A stretch of DNA of 64,000 nucleotides from Dipteris shenzhenensis. Lineage: Eukaryota. The stretch lies in assembly GCA_047967505.1 (NCBI GenBank), contig CM106538.1. One strand, 5' to 3'. Within the stretch, counting starts at the first letter, position 1; the number at the start of each line of letters is the position of its first letter. Position numbers and translations under genes: made by a program. Below, piece by piece: positions 51,537 through 62,594 of the stretch. The notes beneath the pieces were generated by a model that saw nothing but the letters and a program-made list of their open reading frames with translations, had not been told where the DNA came from and searched no databases.

Positions 51537-53818
51537 TGAAGAGACATGGAAGCTAGCTAGAAACGGAATGGAAATATGAAAAGCATAATGAAAGGTAGAA
51601 TGGAAAGGAAAGAAAGTACAAATGCAAGGCAATAACCAAAATACTCACAATGTATTGATAGCTTGATGTTGACTGTTATAATAGACTATAGACAAGTACA
51701 TCTCTATATAGTGTGACACTAGACCCTAGAAAGTCACAATGTCTATGGGATATCTCCCAATATGACACATGGCACGTCTAGGACTCACTATACTATAAAA
51801 CACCACCTAGAGCACCTAGAGCACACATTTTTGACTCACTTTGGCTTCATATTCCAACACCCCCCCATGAAGGCAAGGTGAGAGACTACTGGAATGGAAC
51901 CAATAACAGAACATGACAATGACGGTCATTAAAACTGTGCATGTCGATCTAGAACTAGACATGGCTCTCCCCCATCTCAGAGGCAAGTGAGCATGGCTCA
52001 GAGGCTAGTGAGCATAACATAGAAAGCGCATCTAGCATGGCTTAGAGGCTCATCATGCATGGATGCATGATCAACTCAGAGGTCTAGGAGACCAATGCAC
52101 CAACATCCTGGAACTCTCAAGCTAGGCTTGATAAACAAATAGACCTATCAATGCCAATACATGGCTCCCACAGTACGTCCCCCCTTGGCTTCATAACAGG
52201 ACATGTTAGGAAGCCAAACACCAAAATAGGAAAACCAATACATCTTTTTAGGAGGACTATCCAAGGCAGAGGACCTTTAGACTCAATGACAACCAAACAC
52301 TTAGTTACATATCATTTTAGGGGGACTACCCAAGGTAGAGGACCCCAAAATACATCAAGCTGTAGGAATAATAAAAATAGATCTCTTAGGAGTAAGAGAT
52401 GTCCTCCAAGTAGCCATTGCACATGTGTGCACATCCGTGCGAGTCGATGACGATGTCGATGAAGCACTAGGCATGGATGTCCCAAAATATGTGTCGGTGA
52501 AGTCCATGGGGTAGCTACATGGAGTGGTCATGGCATGACTCTCAAAATAGAAGAAGTAGAGTCACCAAAAAGTCGATGTAGAGGTTGGAGGTGCCACAAG
52601 GACTAGTAGAGTCACTCAATATGCAAGCCTAGCACCACGGGCAATCAGAGAAGTAATCGGAGAAGTCGAGAAGTAACCGTACCTCACATCAAGATAATTT
52701 TTCTTTATCTTCTTGCTGCAAATTAGTGTGGAGTCTACACACCGTTATAGAAGGCGGATGAGGCGTGCAATGTGGCAATTCGAATGGCCAGAAGATAGAG
52801 CTTCGTGGGCAATAGAAGCGTGAGCAGCAGGAGCAGCAGCGTGGGCAGCTAGAAGCAGCGTGCACAGCTAGATGGCGGGCAGAGAGGATAGCTACGTGGG
52901 CAGCAAGAGAAGCTGCGTGGGCAGCTATAGCTTAGCTTCGTGGGCACCAACTGGAGCAGCAAAAGATGGAGGTGGAGATGAAGATAGTGACAGTAGGCTG
53001 GAAACTATCATCCTGTGAACTCAAGAACAAAATCCGCACTTAGGAATAATTTTGGTCACTTTTTGCAAGAGCTATATCTTTTCATAGAAAACTCGGATTG
53101 CAATGATGTAAAAACGAAAATTGTAGTACTCAAGGTCCTCTACAACTTCCCTGAAGACACAAAGTCGTGATTCTACTTCTAGATCGAGATAGAAGCGTCA
53201 CATCGTCCGCAGGTCACAGAGAGAGTAACAAAAATAGCACCACTCCAGGACGTCTTTGTAGCTGAAGGAAGGAGAAGAGCTCACCAAGGAAAGGGAAGAG
53301 AGGTGGCAGAAGCTAAAGTTGGAGAAGACAACGTTGGAGGAGAATCCCAATGTTGATGAAGCCTTCAATAGAGAGGAGTAGGGAAGGGGAGCTCCTCCAA
53401 GAGAAGAGAGGACAGCTTCTCTTTCCGGCCACCCTCTACCTCATGGAGAAGCAAGGAGGAAGGGGAGGGCTAGGAAGGAAGGCTCTGATACCATATGAAG
53501 AGACATGGAAGCTAGCTAGGAACGGAATGGAAATATGGAAAGCATAATGAAAGGCAGAATGGAAAGGAAAGAAAGTACAAGTGCAAGGCAATAACCAAAA
53601 TACTCACAATGTATTGATAGCTTGATGTTGACTGTTGTAATGGACAATAGACAAGTACAACACTATATAGTGTGACACTAGACTCTAGAAAGTCACAATG
53701 TCTATGGGATATCTCCCAATATGACACATGGCACGTCTAGGACTCACTATACTATAAAACACTACCTAGACTACCTAGAACATACATTTTTGACTCACTT
53801 TGGCTTCATATTCCAACA
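51537..53818 (-). mobile_element. Complete non-coding, non-autonomous LTR element (TRIM/LARD-like, 2282 bp)
   Basis: 323-bp LTRs at 51537-51859 and 53496-53818 (~95% identical by eye); perfect TSD GGGGT; PBS TGGTATCAGAGCC at 53481-53493; poly-G PPT at ~51860-51867; no gag/pol motifs inside. Confidence 0.95.
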
Positions 53819-55048
53819 GGGGTTTGCGAGAGGTAGCACGTCTTTCAAACAGCAATAGGGAGCATTCGAAGAGAGTTCAATCTCTTTGATCTCATGTGTG
53901 ACTTTTAACAGAGAATGTACAACTGCTATAACAGAATTTGAGCACTTTGAAAAAAGATGGATTCCATACTTTCTCTGTATCTTGACTTATTCTCAAGTTG
54001 TTGTTTTACAAAAGATGTCCTTCTAAGTCCATATGTATGGCTTGGCCAATTGTGGTGTTTAAGAAGCTCAGATACATGTTGAGTTGTTGAATGAAGCCAA
54101 CCAATAAATTATATTTGAACCTTCTTTTATAGCTTTTCCATTTTTTAAACTCCCATGGCTTTGATGATTGGACTATGAAGATAGAAGAAACATTCAGCAT
54201 GTTGACATTTGAGCAGATGAGTTTTGGGGTCATTTGGTTTAGAATTGAGAGATGAAAGTAGTGGGAACAATTGGGTTTCAGCTCTAACATATGCTGGGAG
54301 CTGTTCAAGCTGGTTAAAATGCGGCAAGCTGGTTGTGCAAGGTTGCATTGGTGATAATTCTTGAAGCTGACATCAAATTTAAAAAGGGTGGGGTGTTTAT
54401 GCCGTAATTAGCATTTGAAGGGCCTCCTTTTAAATACTGTCTTGGGGATACATTGATATTCTTTCAATATGGACATTTCATGGAAGTCAACATGCACAGA
54501 AATCAATATAGAGGAATCTGAAGAGTTAACCCAAAATAGGTTTTGTTGCTACAAAGTAAATGGATAGTTGGGAGAAAATTGACCCTGATCGAACTGCTTG
54601 AGGAGTAAAATGCTTCAGAACGTGAGCTCAGTCTCTTATGTATGTAGGTGATCCAAATGCGTTTGGACTATGCAAGCATTGCATTTGTTAAATGAAGGTG
54701 AGTGGATGTCTTTGTGTATGATCTTAATTCACATGAAGAAGTGAAGCACCTCAGTCAGCTGCTAACACATTTTAATCTAAGTAGCAGTGGTATATTTTTG
54801 ACGCTGCATGCTTGCTGGTGTAAGTAGCGTGCTTAGGATTTGTGTTGCAATAGTCTTGAAAAATGTCTCCATTTTATTTTCTCATGTGATAACACAATTG
54901 GTTGCAACAGAGGCACATAGCTCTGCTATTGAACTTTGCTAGTGCTTGTTTGTGGTACTATTGCACTTCGCTAGTGCTCTGATATTGCACGTCATTTGTG
55001 GTACCATTGTGATAAAGTGTTTCTTAAACATGAAAATTTACCTGCCAG

Positions 55049-55169
55049 ATCAGATCGCCTCATTTGGGGATTTCTTGCAACAAGTCTTGATAAACAGGCT
55101 GAAGTCCAGAAGGCTGTGGTTGAGAGTTTTCTGCAGGATCACTTGGTAGCTGGGAGTCAACATTGCGAG
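55049..55169 (+). CDS. Predicted exon 4 (SDRLIWGFLATS...GSQHCE)
   Basis: CCTGCCAG| acceptor (phase 2), GAG|GTCGTA donor (phase 0, weaker). Confidence 0.65.
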
Positions 55170-55282
55170 GTCGTACAATTCATGTCAATTGCTTTGAGTT
55201 CTAGTAGGTTACTAGAGTCTTTCATTTTATATAACATTTTTAACTTAAATACCTAAATGGTTTTGCAATTTTGGCGAAGCAG

Positions 55283-55605
55283 GAAATGGTCTGTCGTTTA
55301 ATTGGCAGGTTCGTTTTTGCAAGTGCCAGTCTCTCAGTAAAAAGCTTGCAAAAGAGGACAAAAACTATGAGGTCAGCAGAAGTAGAGGGCTTGAATGGTT
55401 CACCGGATAAAAGTTTATTACTGTCTGCAATGAATGGAGTTGTACAGCTGCGGCTGCTTAGCACATCAGCATCCCAAGGAGGTTTAGAATCAGGAGGAAG
55501 TCAGAGTTTAGTACCTCTGGTGGTTGCTTCTTCTGCTGCTTTGCTTGAAGAAAGTGAGGCATCCAAAAACAGACCCATTTTTACAGAAGTCTCACGGTTA
55601 CTGAG
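55283..55605 (+). CDS. Predicted exon 5 (EMVCRLIGRF...EVSRLL)
   Basis: GCAG| acceptor, GAG|GTAAAA donor; phase 0 to 2. Confidence 0.8.
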
Positions 55606-55969
55606 GTAAAACGTCCTTTGTTTTGAGTTGCCCACTCTGGGGATAATACTCGTAGACAGGGACAATTGAGGAGTATTTGCGTGTGAGAATTGACAGCCTT
55701 GCTCATCTGTAGTAAATGGACACTTTTCTAGCCATTATAGTTGTGATTGGGAACTATCCGAAATGTTGAGAATCATTTTTCTAGTGTGCCAATATGCTCT
55801 GTAAAGTAAATTAACATGATAGCTAGAAGTAGTTCTGGACTATGTGCAAAACAGCTAGGTGCCTTTCTCGTTGCTTTCCTTTCCCTTACATCTGTGAATA
55901 TTTAAAGGTTTTCAAGAGTTCTCTTATGCCATTTTTTTCACACATTTGTTTGTGTGTTATGTTTTCTAG

Positions 55970-56264
55970 ATCTCTCGGCCATTTTAAATATGGCGGGGTT
56001 GTCATATCCATGATCTCTCACAAAGATCCTAGTTATACGGGTGCTTCTGTAGCAAGGTGGTACAGAGCTTTGTGTGTTATTGATGATGAAACTGCTGATT
56101 TGTTGGAGGGGCTGGAATCAGTGATCATAATAAAAGGCATTTCAGTAGCACTTGAAGGCCTAGAGAGCCAACATGATCTACAGGCAGCTCAACAGGAAGA
56201 TGATCCAATTAAGGACTCAGAAATAGGAAAGCTTGAAATTCTTTCCTTGCAACATATTGTAGAG
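55970..56264 (+). CDS. Predicted exon 6 (SLGHFKYGG...LQHIVE)
   Basis: GTTTTCTAG| acceptor (phase 2), GAG|GTATGC donor (phase 0). Confidence 0.85.
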
Positions 56265-56358
56265 GTATGCATCCTTTAGTAAAGTTTGTAAAGTTCAAAG
56301 CGTTTTGCTCGAATTGGTGATGGCAATAAATACAGCTCTTATATGCTTGCATGTGCAG

Positions 56359-56892
56359 ATGGTGGACATTCCATCCAATTTTGTGCAAACTACACAGGAT
56401 TTCATTGAAAATAATCAAGCACAAAATTTCCTTCTTTGCTCATACTATTTTTTGAGGATAGCAGGTTCTATTGTCAAGGGCAAGTCATGGGTACATGAAT
56501 CTAATGCAAACAAAAATGATTTGATGCAAGCTTTGGTACTTACCTGTGCAGCACTCGCCTCTGCTGAAGATGATGCGGGAGCATGTCTCTCATGGATCTC
56601 CAAGGACATCCGGGAGCTTGCAGCTGCAATTGTTTACTACATAGGTGCTATTAATGACAAATTGGGTGGGTTTGTTGCTCAAGAGGCACGGGGAATTCCA
56701 AAATATAATGTTTGTAATGGAATTGAGAGACTGATAATACAAATGCTTCCTACTCTGCTGCTCAATTTCAAGAATCGATTGAAGGATAATCTCAGCACAG
56801 ATGCCGAAGGGAATTTCAGAGCACCCTCAAGGAGTACAAGTCTGACTTCTGCAATAATTGCTGCACATCAAATGTATTGGTGCGTAAAACAG
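56359..56892 (+). CDS. TTI2: Predicted exon 7; TTI2/At2g39910-like ARM-repeat region
   Basis: GTGCAG| acceptor, CAG|GTATAC donor; ALVLTCAALAS..CLSWI, IQMLPTLL..K and AIIAAHQMYWCVKQV parallel remembered At2g39910 motifs SLALACALLAS..LLSWI, EMLPIVLPELK and AILAAHQLRWFVTQV in order. Confidence 0.7.
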
Positions 56893-56985
56893 GTATACTT
56901 GATGCCAGTGAACTGTTATTTTGATTTCTTGATACTGACCCAGGATTAAGCTTTGGTAATGAAGGGGGAAGGAAAAAGGGACTAA

Positions 56986-58900
56986 TGTAGTAGTACCTAA
57001 GTGAGAGTTAGAGGGGATTGTGGAGCGGACTATATAAGTCAACCCCTCTTTTGTAGGCACTTTTGGATGTGACACCTAATCTTTATCCTTCTCCTTCGTA
57101 CACTCTCTCCCTCTACCTCCCCACTTTCATCACAAATTAAAACCCGCCTACTCTACACGTCTCTCGGGTTTACTAAGAGACATTGACCACATACTGCTCT
57201 TAGAGGATCAAGCTGCCCTGATCACACGATCCTTGCATGAGGCCACTCTACACACTTTTCCACACGAGTCTTGTAGATCATGAGCGTAGGCACATGGTTA
57301 TTCCACCATGCCAATCTCTGGTACAACAAGCTCAAAAAGATCACATACGCTTTTCCTCCTGCATGCCAGAGCCCACAATTCCCTAGATGAATCTGGATGC
57401 CACTTGTCAATCTGCATGCCAGAGCCCACAATTGAAAGCCCCTAGCATACACCCTTGTTACTCCTCACTTGGGATAACTGTTAATTCCATTTGCCCCTTG
57501 GCAAATCACACATTTAGGTGCACCTAGGCCCTCAGCCTTAGATTCATCTAGTCTGTGCCATACGCCCTCATCAAGGACCTCGACATTGATTCGTTAAACC
57601 GCTTACTTGAAGCACAATAAAATATAATACAAAGGTCGGTCCACACAAAAGGAAACGACCCTTCCGAGGTCATGTTATCTCAACTAGAGTATAACATTCC
57701 TTTCCTCTTTAGGCATCAACGTCCTCGATGATGGAATCTGGGAATACTCTCCGCATTTGGTATACGGATTCTTAAGTAGCCTCAGATATAGGTAAACCAT
57801 GCCATGCAACCAACACCGTGGGTATCTTCCGATTGCGTACTTGCATTGTTCCTCGGTCCAAGATTCTTGTTGGTTTGCTCCTTGCATTATCCTCTACGGG
57901 AAACATGAAACACTGGGTGCACCTTACAACCTTGTGGTAATTCCAATTTATAGGCCACCGTGTCTATACTCCTAAGAATTAACCACGGCCCACACTATCA
58001 GGGTGGTAACTTAGCACGATCTCTTGTAGCAAAAGACTTGGATTGTGAAGGAATTTTGAGAAAAGCTTTTTCTCCTTAAATTCTCTAAAGATGTATTCTC
58101 ATCCGCATACGTTTTAGCTTTATCCATAGCTTGGCGGATGTTAGCTCTCGCAAGTGCTAGCATCTCTTGCATGTGAACAACATAATTTTCGGCACTAGAC
58201 ACATTTTGAGGTATTCCAACTGTAGTTGGATTTGCTGGTCTATAACCATAGTTCAACTCGAATGGACTCATTCCCACAGAGGAATGTTTTCTATCATTAG
58301 GCAAATTCCAACAATGGTAACCACTTGTCCCACGCATGTTGCCTCAATGAAACATAGGCTCTAAGCATATCCTCTAAAGTTTGCTTGACTATGTTGCCTG
58401 ACCTTCCGTTTCAGGATGATCCCCACTACTCGTTCCCAACTCAGTCCCTTGTACCTCAGACACTGCAGTCTAAAATTGATTGGAAAATTTAACATTCTTG
58501 TCTGACACTATGGATTTGGGTAGTCCATGCAAACGAAATATATGTTTAATAAACAAATCCGCTACTTGCAGGGCACTAATAGAATCCCTTGTTGGATTGA
58601 CGTGAGCCAGCTTGGGAAACGGTCAACCACCACAAGGATAGAATCATATCCACCTTGTGTCGTAGGCATACCAACAATAGAGTCCATGGAAATGCTCTCC
58701 CCTCTACTTGATGGTATCTCTAAGGGCTGTAAAAGTCCAGGTGGCTTCACCCGCTCTGCCTTACCCACTTGACACGAGAAACATCGTGTCACATATTCAT
58801 GAATATGCTTTTTCATCTTTGGCATAAAGAAGTCTCGCTTCATGAGATCTTATGTCTTCTTGACACTTGAATGTCTAGCACATGGGCTATCATGGTTGAC
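56986..58900 (-). mobile_element. Ty3/gypsy chromovirus 3' part (integrase, chromodomain, PPT, probable 3' LTR 56986-57696)
   Basis: [88 protein letters not shown] then TGTTATAC; far LTR end inferred. Confidence 0.82.
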
Positions 58901-58940
58901 ATAACCCTGCAGGATCTTGTTAGAGGTCAACATCTCTTGA

Positions 58941-60874
58941 TGTCACGTAGAGAGAGAGGGCCTTGCTTGTGGGTGTGCCCGCCCAGTGAGTGAGGCTAGG
59001 GTAGATGAGTGAGGGCCTATGTTGTGGGTGTGCCCACCCCCTATGAGGGTAGAGTAGGATAGCCTCTCCTGGAGGCCCATGTTAAGGCAGCAAGTGTTGG
59101 CTCTTGGAGCGGGGCAGACTAGCCATGTGGCAAGGCCTACAGCCCTTATATAGGGGCTGTGCAGCAGCCTTTATAGACTCTAGAGGCCAAAGGGTGTCGG
59201 CCGCTTAGCTGCTAGGTTGGCTGTCTAGGCTCTGAGGGGCGCCTCTATCCAGGGCTGCATGCAGCCCTTTGTAGGCTGGAGGGAGTCAGCCATATGGCTT
59301 GTTGGGTCGGCCATCTTGCAGGCTGGTCGGCCAGCCTGCCCTACCTGATTAGGGAGGGGCTGGGGGGCTATATGTAGGCCCCCCCCCCCTCAGCCCTCTT
59401 TTCATCACTTGGTAGAGCAGCATAGCCAGCCTTGGAGAGCAGTTCTAGGGCAGGGTTGTGGAGCAGTTCATCCACCCCTTTGTGCTTCTAGTTTGTTGAG
59501 GTTGTTGAGCTGTCCAGTGGAGCTCTCGAGCAGCCTGTTGTGCAGAGTTTTTCTCCCCAGTTGTAGCGGGGCTTTTGCCAGAGATCACTTGCAGTTCTCT
59601 TGTCGTTTCTCTCCTTCTCAGTGTGGTGTGTGTGAGGCATTATCTTGGTAGGTGTTGACAGACCATATCCCCTTGCGAAGGACCTTGGCATCCTGGCGCA
59701 AAGGACGTTGAGATTCTGTCTCACAGCTCTGGGACTGTGTCAATGCAAGGGTAAGGTCGTTCATTTTTCTTAACTGTACTCCTCAGGTGATTAATCATGT
59801 GAAGCACATGACAGTGGCCAAGAGTATATGGGAGCATTCAGCGTCCATGTATAATCAAACCTCTCCCATGAAGAGGGTTTCCCTGGAAGTCCAGATGTGC
59901 TTGTTGGATCCCAAGAAGTCTTCATCGATGTGGGGCCACATTAACAAGTTAAGGAACTTCAGTAGGGGATCCTCCAGATAGGGAAGAAGATATCGTCGGA
60001 GGACATGGCCATAACTATTCTGTCCCAGTTATCCTCTCTGTATGGGGCCTTCTATTCGTCCTTGACCACCAGTGGTAGGATGAATGAGTTGACCTGGGAG
60101 GAATTGGTTTCGATGGTGCTTGACGTGGAGGAGCGCTTTGTAGATCGTACCTTTGAGAGTGAGCCTGAGGTTTTGATAGTAGCTGAGCAGAAAGGCAAAA
60201 AGGAGTTGATAGCTGAGAAACGAGAAGCACTCAAGGCATCCTGTACGTGTAACCAATGTGGCCAGAAAGGTCATTATTGGCGGTAGTGTCCCCAAAGGAA
60301 CGTTGATGGGCCCAGTAGCCAGTTGGCTAAGAGTGTTACCGCCGCAAGGACTTATACTTCGTTGTTTGTGGTAGTAGGACCTGTCGATCAGGTGCAACGG
60401 GAAGGGAGTCAATTATCGAGGCACGGTTTCAAGTAGGACCTCGAACCACGAGGACTTGTTTCCGTTGACCAGGTGGCTGTATGTTACCAGTTTGTATTTT
60501 GTTTGGATGTAATGACCTAGGAGACCCAAAGGGTGTCTCCTAGTGTTCTGCTATAGCTATTGTTTGATGCTATTGGAGATCCAGATGAGTGCAGGAATCT
60601 AGACACAGTTGATTGATCCTTGTGAGCTGTTATATGCCCATTGTCATTGGAGCACTGAAGTTCATCGATCTGGCGACCGTGTAGTAGTTTGGACTTGAGA
60701 GGGGGCTATCTAGCTCTGTGATACAAGTGCCCATGCAGGGAAGAAGACCTTGCACTGGTGACAGTATCAGTAGGATTAATGTTCCCGTACCTTCTCTTGG
60801 AGTATTGTATCAGTACCAACAGTTAGATTGTTGTGCGGAATGAACCAGTCTACCATTATCAGACCAGAGGAGTG
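58941..60874 (+). mobile_element. LTR (58941-59742) followed by truncated copia-type gag
   Basis: TGTCACG...GGGACTGTGTCA; then SFIFLNC..VINHVK...AKSIWE, AITILSQL, CNQCGQKGHYWR*C; no PBS or pol seen. Confidence 0.7.
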
Positions 60875-62590
60875 TGTTGGAACATGAAGTCAAAGTGAGT
60901 GATATTTGTGTGTATTTGGTCTAGTGAGTTCTAGACATGCCATGTGTCATATTGGGAGTTATCCCATATACACTATGGATTTCTAGAGTCTAGTGTCACA
61001 CACTATATGTGTTGTACTTGTCTAGTCTTGTCACATCAGTCAACATCAAGCTTTTATATCATGTGAGTATTTTGATTATCATTGCCTTGCACTCGTACTT
61101 TCTATTCTTGCCTTCCATTATGCTTTCCATCTTTCCATTCCATTCCTAGTGCTAGATTGGTACTCTCCCTACCACCATGTCTCTTCATGTGGTATCAGAG
61201 CTAGCTTTCCACTTTTCCCTTTTTCTCACTCTACCTAGAGGATGAGAGAAGCCCGCAAATGGAAGCTCCTCTCTCCTCCTAGATAGAGTCTCCATTCCCT
61301 TAGCCTCGCCATCAACTATCCCTTCCGCTTCAAATGCCTCACCAACGGCCAATCCTTTAGTCAGCCCGGAAGCCTCTTCATCGACCTACAAGAAGATTGT
61401 ACAACCCACTGCAAATCAACCGTACAGCCTGTACGGCTTACATGTCGTACGATCGTACCTACACCGTACGTTTGGTCCTGTTTGCTTGCCGTCCATACTG
61501 TTTGTGCCGTTCGTGGTCTTGGTCGTCCTTCAGATGGTCGACTAGAAGTGACCCTTGGAACTGTTGCTGCTCCAGCCCGAGCTCCTGCCCATTTGCGTCA
61601 ATTCGTGCCTACTAGCCGCCAACTAGTTCTCTGGTATTTTGTCCTGGCTCCATGCCATGCGCCTTCATGTGAAGATAATGCTGCAGCAATTCAGTCGTCA
61701 TTCTGACTGCCACAGGCCCTGTTCGTGTGACTGGTTTCTTGCCAAAACCCTAATTTTTGCCCTTGTGTAATTTATTCCCAAATTCTCTATTTTTTTGGGT
61801 GTTTTCATGATGTGAGGGTTCCTAACTGTTGAAAGAGCACTCTTCTGTCAGAAATTTAGAAAAGCCGCAAATCTCAGCAAACCCTAATTTCTGACAGAAA
61901 CCCTAATTTTCCAACTTAGGGCTTTTCTGAAAATTTTCAGCCCTTTGGCAAGAGTAAAGTCCCCCGCATGTAAATCTTTTGGGGATTCTGCCGAATTCTT
62001 GTAATTTCATCACTTTTTGGTACTTCTATTCGGCACATCAAGAGTCATGACGTGATCTCCCTTGGTAGCTGCTCCTATGGCCTTCATCGCCACATCATTC
62101 GAGGGCATCCTTGCCTGGTTCTTTACCGACATACCTCTTCGCATCAGGATGTGCACACTCTTGTGCGGTAACTACTTTTAGCTCATGGGTTCTCTGCCCT
62201 TGCTATGCATAACATGAATGAAATCTTTTATATTTTTTATATGTTTGAGTTGAAGGTTCTCTCCCTTGAGTAGTCCCTCTAAAATGAATGTTTGAAGAGT
62301 CAATAAAGGTCCTCTGCCTTGGATAGTCCTCCTAAAATGATGTATTTTCTTTTATATTTTTGGTGTGTAACTCCATGTTCCTAGTTAGTCCGTGGAGTCA
62401 AGAGGGGGATGTACTGTGGGAGCCATGTATTGGCAGGTCTAGTTAGCAGGCCTGGCATATGAGTTCGAGGATGTTGGCGCATTGGTCTTCTAGACCTCTT
62501 GAGTTGTTCATGCATCCATGCTATAACATGAGCCTCTGAGCATGTTGATTCTCAAGCCATGAAAGCGCTTGGATCGATCTCTGAATCTCT
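60875..62590 (+). mobile_element. 5' part of a third copy of the non-coding LTR family
   Basis: LTR 60875-61187 (TGTTGGAA...CTCTTCA) similar to the reverse complement of 53496-53818; PBS TGGTATCAGAGC at 61190; internal blocks shared with 41735-42776 and 51860-52560. Confidence 0.85.
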
Positions 62591-62594
62591 GCCA

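Noticed and set aside
54693-54695. In-frame TGA as selenocysteine or an RNA-editing site
   Set aside because: Land plants lack Sec machinery, U-to-C editing is organellar, and a stop-free gene model exists without this exon
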